From an uncultured Erythrobacter sp. (GTDB lineage: Bacteria > Pseudomonadota > Alphaproteobacteria > Sphingomonadales > Sphingomonadaceae): 61,263 bases of DNA. The stretch lies in assembly GCA_938015255.1 (NCBI GenBank), contig CALLQC010000017.1, positions 1 to 61,263 on the forward strand, read 5' to 3'. Below the pieces are notes generated by a model. It was not told the DNA's origin, made no database searches, and saw only the letters and a list, made by a program, of their open reading frames with translations. Within the stretch, counting starts at the first letter, position 1. Every line of letters begins with the position of its first letter. Below are positions 58,631 through 61,263 of this stretch, piece after piece. The position numbers were made by a program, and so were the translations under genes.

Positions 58631-59914
58631 TTGGAACTGTTTGATCAGCTGCGCGGCGTATTCGGCATTGCCGTGCTGCTTGTCATTGCATGGGGGTTGA
58701 GCGAGGATCGCGGCGGCCGGCCCGGATGGAAATGGATTGCCGGCGCTCTCGCGCTGCAAGGGTTGCTGGCATTGTTGATCGTACGGGTGCCGTTTGTCTG
58801 GGACGTCGTGTCGCTCGCCAATAAAGGCGTAACGGCGATAGAGCAGGCCACGCTTGACGGGTCATCATACATGTTTGGCTATCTCGGCGGCGCACCGCTG
58901 CCCTTCGAACTGAAAGAGGGGGCCGATCCTCCCCTGATCATCGCGTTCCAGATTTTGCCGCTGGTCATCGTCTTTTCGGCGCTTGCTGCGCTGCTATGGC
59001 ACTGGGGAGTGCTGCGATGGCTGGTGAACGGCCTGTCTTTCGTGCTTCGCAAATCTTTGGGTGTCAGCGGTGTGGTCGGCTTATCCGGCGGGGCGAACAT
59101 GTTCCTCGGTGTGGTCGAAAGCCCGCTGGTCGTGCGCGCATATTTTTCCCGCATGAGCAGGGCCGAGCTGTTTCAGGTTATGGTCCTCGCGATGGCCACA
59201 ATCAGCGGCGCTATACTGATCCTTTATGCCACCACCCTGCGCGAGACAGTGCCCGACGCGGTAGGGCACATGATTTCCGCCTCGCTCGTTTCTCTGCCAG
59301 CCGCTTTGCTTATCGCCAGACTGATGGTGCCTGGCCGCGGTGAAGACACAGCGACCGAAATTGAGCGCAAGGAGCCTGGCCTCAAATACGAAAGCAGTAT
59401 CGACGCTATCGTGAAAGGCACGATGGACGGAATGCAGCTGTTCCTCGCGGTGATCGCGGTAATTATCGTGGTGTTCGCGCTGGTTTCCTTGACCGATCAA
59501 ATACTCGCGTTGCTTCCATTGGTCGGCGATGAGCCGCTGAGCCTGAAGCGCATTTTCGGCTGGGTCTTCGCCCCGCTGATGTGGGCCATCGGCGTTCCAT
59601 GGGGAGAAGCGCAGGCCGCTGGCGGTGTGATGGGCACCAAGGCGATCCTGAATGAATATGTAGCCTATCTTGAGCTTGCCGCGTTGCCCGATGGTACCTT
59701 CAGTCCGCGCAGCCTGTTGATCGTGACATACGCACTGTGCGGTGTTGCCAATCTCGCCAGCGTCGGTTTGCTCGTCTCGACTATCGGCACGCTTTGCCCT
59801 GAACGACGTGCCGAGGCAGCGGGGCTGGGCATCAAGAGCTGGATTGCCGGCAATATCGCCACCGCCATGACAGGGGCATGGATCGGACTGGTGACGTTTG
59901 AAGGCATTGGCTGA
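58631..59914 (+). CDS. Concentrative nucleoside transporter (NupC/CNT family)
   Basis: GSSYMFGYL, AFQILP.VI.FSAL, NMFLGVVESPL, MATISG, GTKAILNEYVAY, YALCG.AN..S. Confidence 0.9.
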   Translation: MELFDQLRGVFGIAVLLVIAWGLSEDRGGRPGWKWIAGALALQGLLALLIVRVPFVWDVVSLANKGVTAIEQATLDGSSYMFGYLGGAPLPFELKEGADPPLIIAFQILPLVIVFSALAALLWHWGVLRWLVNGLSFVLRKSLGVSGVVGLSGGANMFLGVVESPLVVRAYFSRMSRAELFQVMVLAMATISGAILILYATTLRETVPDAVGHMISASLVSLPAALLIARLMVPGRGEDTATEIERKEPGLKYESSIDAIVKGTMDGMQLFLAVIAVIIVVFALVSLTDQILALLPLVGDEPLSLKRIFGWVFAPLMWAIGVPWGEAQAAGGVMGTKAILNEYVAYLELAALPDGTFSPRSLLIVTYALCGVANLASVGLLVSTIGTLCPERRAEAAGLGIKSWIAGNIATAMTGAWIGLVTFEGIG

Positions 59915-60519
59915 TGCTGGATGCGAAACTGCGCCCGCTGATCGATCCCCCCCTAAACCGCTTGGGCCGTGCGCTGGCCAGGGCAGGTGTTTCAGCCAAT
60001 ATGCTGACATTCATCGGTCTCGCGCTTGGTCTATCGGGCGCGGCGGCCATCGCGTTTGGCGAGCTTTGGTTAGGGCTTGCCCTGATCATCGCGAACCGTT
60101 TGGCTGACGGGCTCGATGGGGCGGTGGCGCGGGTGCAGGGGCCAACTCCGCTGGGCGGCTATTTCGACATCGTCGCCGATTTTGCGTTCTACGTTTCGGT
60201 CCCGCTCGGATTTGGAGTATTGAGCAGCGGCAACACGCTGCCCGCGCTGGTGCTGACAGCCAGCTTTGTGCTCACCGGGGTCAGTTTCCTCGCTTTCGCC
60301 GTCATTGCGGCGGAGCGCGGCGACAGCACCGAGGCCCACGGGAAAAAGAGCTTCTTTTATTCAACCGGTCTTGCCGAAGGGACGGAAACCATCCTCGTCT
60401 TCGCGGCGATGTGCCTGTTTCCCAGCTGGTTCAGCGCGATCGCCTATGGTTATGCCGGGCTGTGCTTGCTGACAGTTTTCCAGCGAAGCGCTCTGGCAAT
60501 TTCCCAGTTCAGGGACTGA
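59914..60519 (+). CDS. CDP-alcohol phosphatidyltransferase family protein (YnjF-like)
   Basis: ANMLT; DGLDGAVAR...GGYFDIVAD motif; KSFFYSTGLAEGTET; TGATG coupling. Confidence 0.88.
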   Translation: MLDAKLRPLIDPPLNRLGRALARAGVSANMLTFIGLALGLSGAAAIAFGELWLGLALIIANRLADGLDGAVARVQGPTPLGGYFDIVADFAFYVSVPLGFGVLSSGNTLPALVLTASFVLTGVSFLAFAVIAAERGDSTEAHGKKSFFYSTGLAEGTETILVFAAMCLFPSWFSAIAYGYAGLCLLTVFQRSALAISQFRD

Positions 60520-61263
60520 TCACTCCGAAAGGCGCGCTTCCGTGACTGCGCGGAGTTTTTCAATGCGGGCTGCATTGGCACCCAGATCGCTGACGCCGAC
60601 CCGGCTGACCGAGCGGAAGTCGATCTCGCCATCGGCAATCCGCACGGCAACATCGTCCTTGAAACCGAACCAGAAGGTTTCGGCTACGCCTTCGACCACA
60701 ATAGCACCATCTTCACCCGCGCTTTTGGTGACGGTGACATCGCTCAACCCAACATCCTCCATGGCTTGCTGCACCTTTTGCGATGCTGCATCTGCAGTCG
60801 AGGTTCCGAGGGACAGCGGTTCAAGATCAGGGTACAGTTCGCGCACGATCTGCGCGTGCGACTTCGCCTTCAAATCCTCGCCTCCGCGCTCGCTCCACCA
60901 TTCAATCTGCGCCAAGGGCGTATCGTAATCGCTCACGGGATTCGCACCGAAATCGCTGCGCGCGGTCATTGTCGCCTCGGTGAATTGCGGAGGATCGACA
61001 ACGTCGGTTGAGACATCGTGGATCGGATTGGCACCTGCGGTTTCACGAACCGAGCCGAGCATAACGAAAACACCAACGGGAACGGCCAAAGCGATGAGCG
61101 ACCAAAGCCAGCCATTGCGCGGCTTGCGGATCAAGGTGGCAATCAGCGAGATCAGCGCGACAATCGCAACTCCCCCCAGGACATAAACGCCGAACTGCCC
61201 GATCAAAGTGCCGAGCCCTGTCTGCCACGGCCACAAGCCGAATTTGGTGCCCAGCGCTGCGAC
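60520..61263 (-). CDS. DUF1499-family membrane protein, 5' end outside window
   Basis: Frame open to the window edge; TM helices then PIHDVSTD..DPP.F, YPDLEPL, FWFGFKDDVAVR, RSVSRVG.SDLG.NA.RI. Confidence 0.85.
   Translation of the reverse strand, partial: VAALGTKFGLWPWQTGLGTLIGQFGVYVLGGVAIVALISLIATLIRKPRNGWLWSLIALAVPVGVFVMLGSVRETAGANPIHDVSTDVVDPPQFTEATMTARSDFGANPVSDYDTPLAQIEWWSERGGEDLKAKSHAQIVRELYPDLEPLSLGTSTADAASQKVQQAMEDVGLSDVTVTKSAGEDGAIVVEGVAETFWFGFKDDVAVRIADGEIDFRSVSRVGVSDLGANAARIEKLRAVTEARLSE

Noticed and set aside
1-61263. CRISPR arrays, tRNA, rRNA, prophage or defence genes
   Set aside because: None seen: no spaced repeats, and intergenic gaps are short with no RNA-gene signatures.

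Overview
Alphaproteobacterial chromosomal segment. Gene content and style suggest Erythrobacteraceae/Sphingomonadales (inference). About 40 CDS; I saw no rRNA, tRNA or CRISPR. Left part (1-13.7 kb): accessory catabolic and transport genes, namely tandem deacetylases, two MFS permeases, a hydrolase, an AceE/transketolase-like enzyme, an internally deleted IS6 relic, and a fused 5-oxoprolinase with an Nramp-like permease. The main point of interest (13.7-36.4 kb) is an apparently uncharacterised cyclic-nucleotide-linked redox system in two convergent operons. The minus-strand operon encodes an FAD/NAD(P)H-2x cNMP-binding-4x[4Fe-4S] fusion, a putative di-heme b membrane protein, an FHA-like/TM/decaheme cytochrome and a class III phosphodiesterase. 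The plus-strand operon encodes a penta-heme cytochrome with a CX4CH site, a double GlcG/HbpS lipoprotein, an outer-membrane beta-barrel and a 1374-aa decaheme/beta-propeller protein. A CcmI-like TPR gene is adjacent and a CHASE2 adenylate cyclase lies nearby. Together these parts could form a cAMP-gated trans-envelope electron conduit; this function is inferred, not shown. Right part: gdhA, BCCT, TonB receptor plus TPR-sulfotransferase, csaA, a periplasmic Mo-oxidoreductase module, a TolC/MFP/ABC exporter with a degenerate ATPase, eda, and a DedA-flavoreductase/CNT/CDP-alcohol transferase cluster. All family calls come from motif recognition by eye; no database searches were run.
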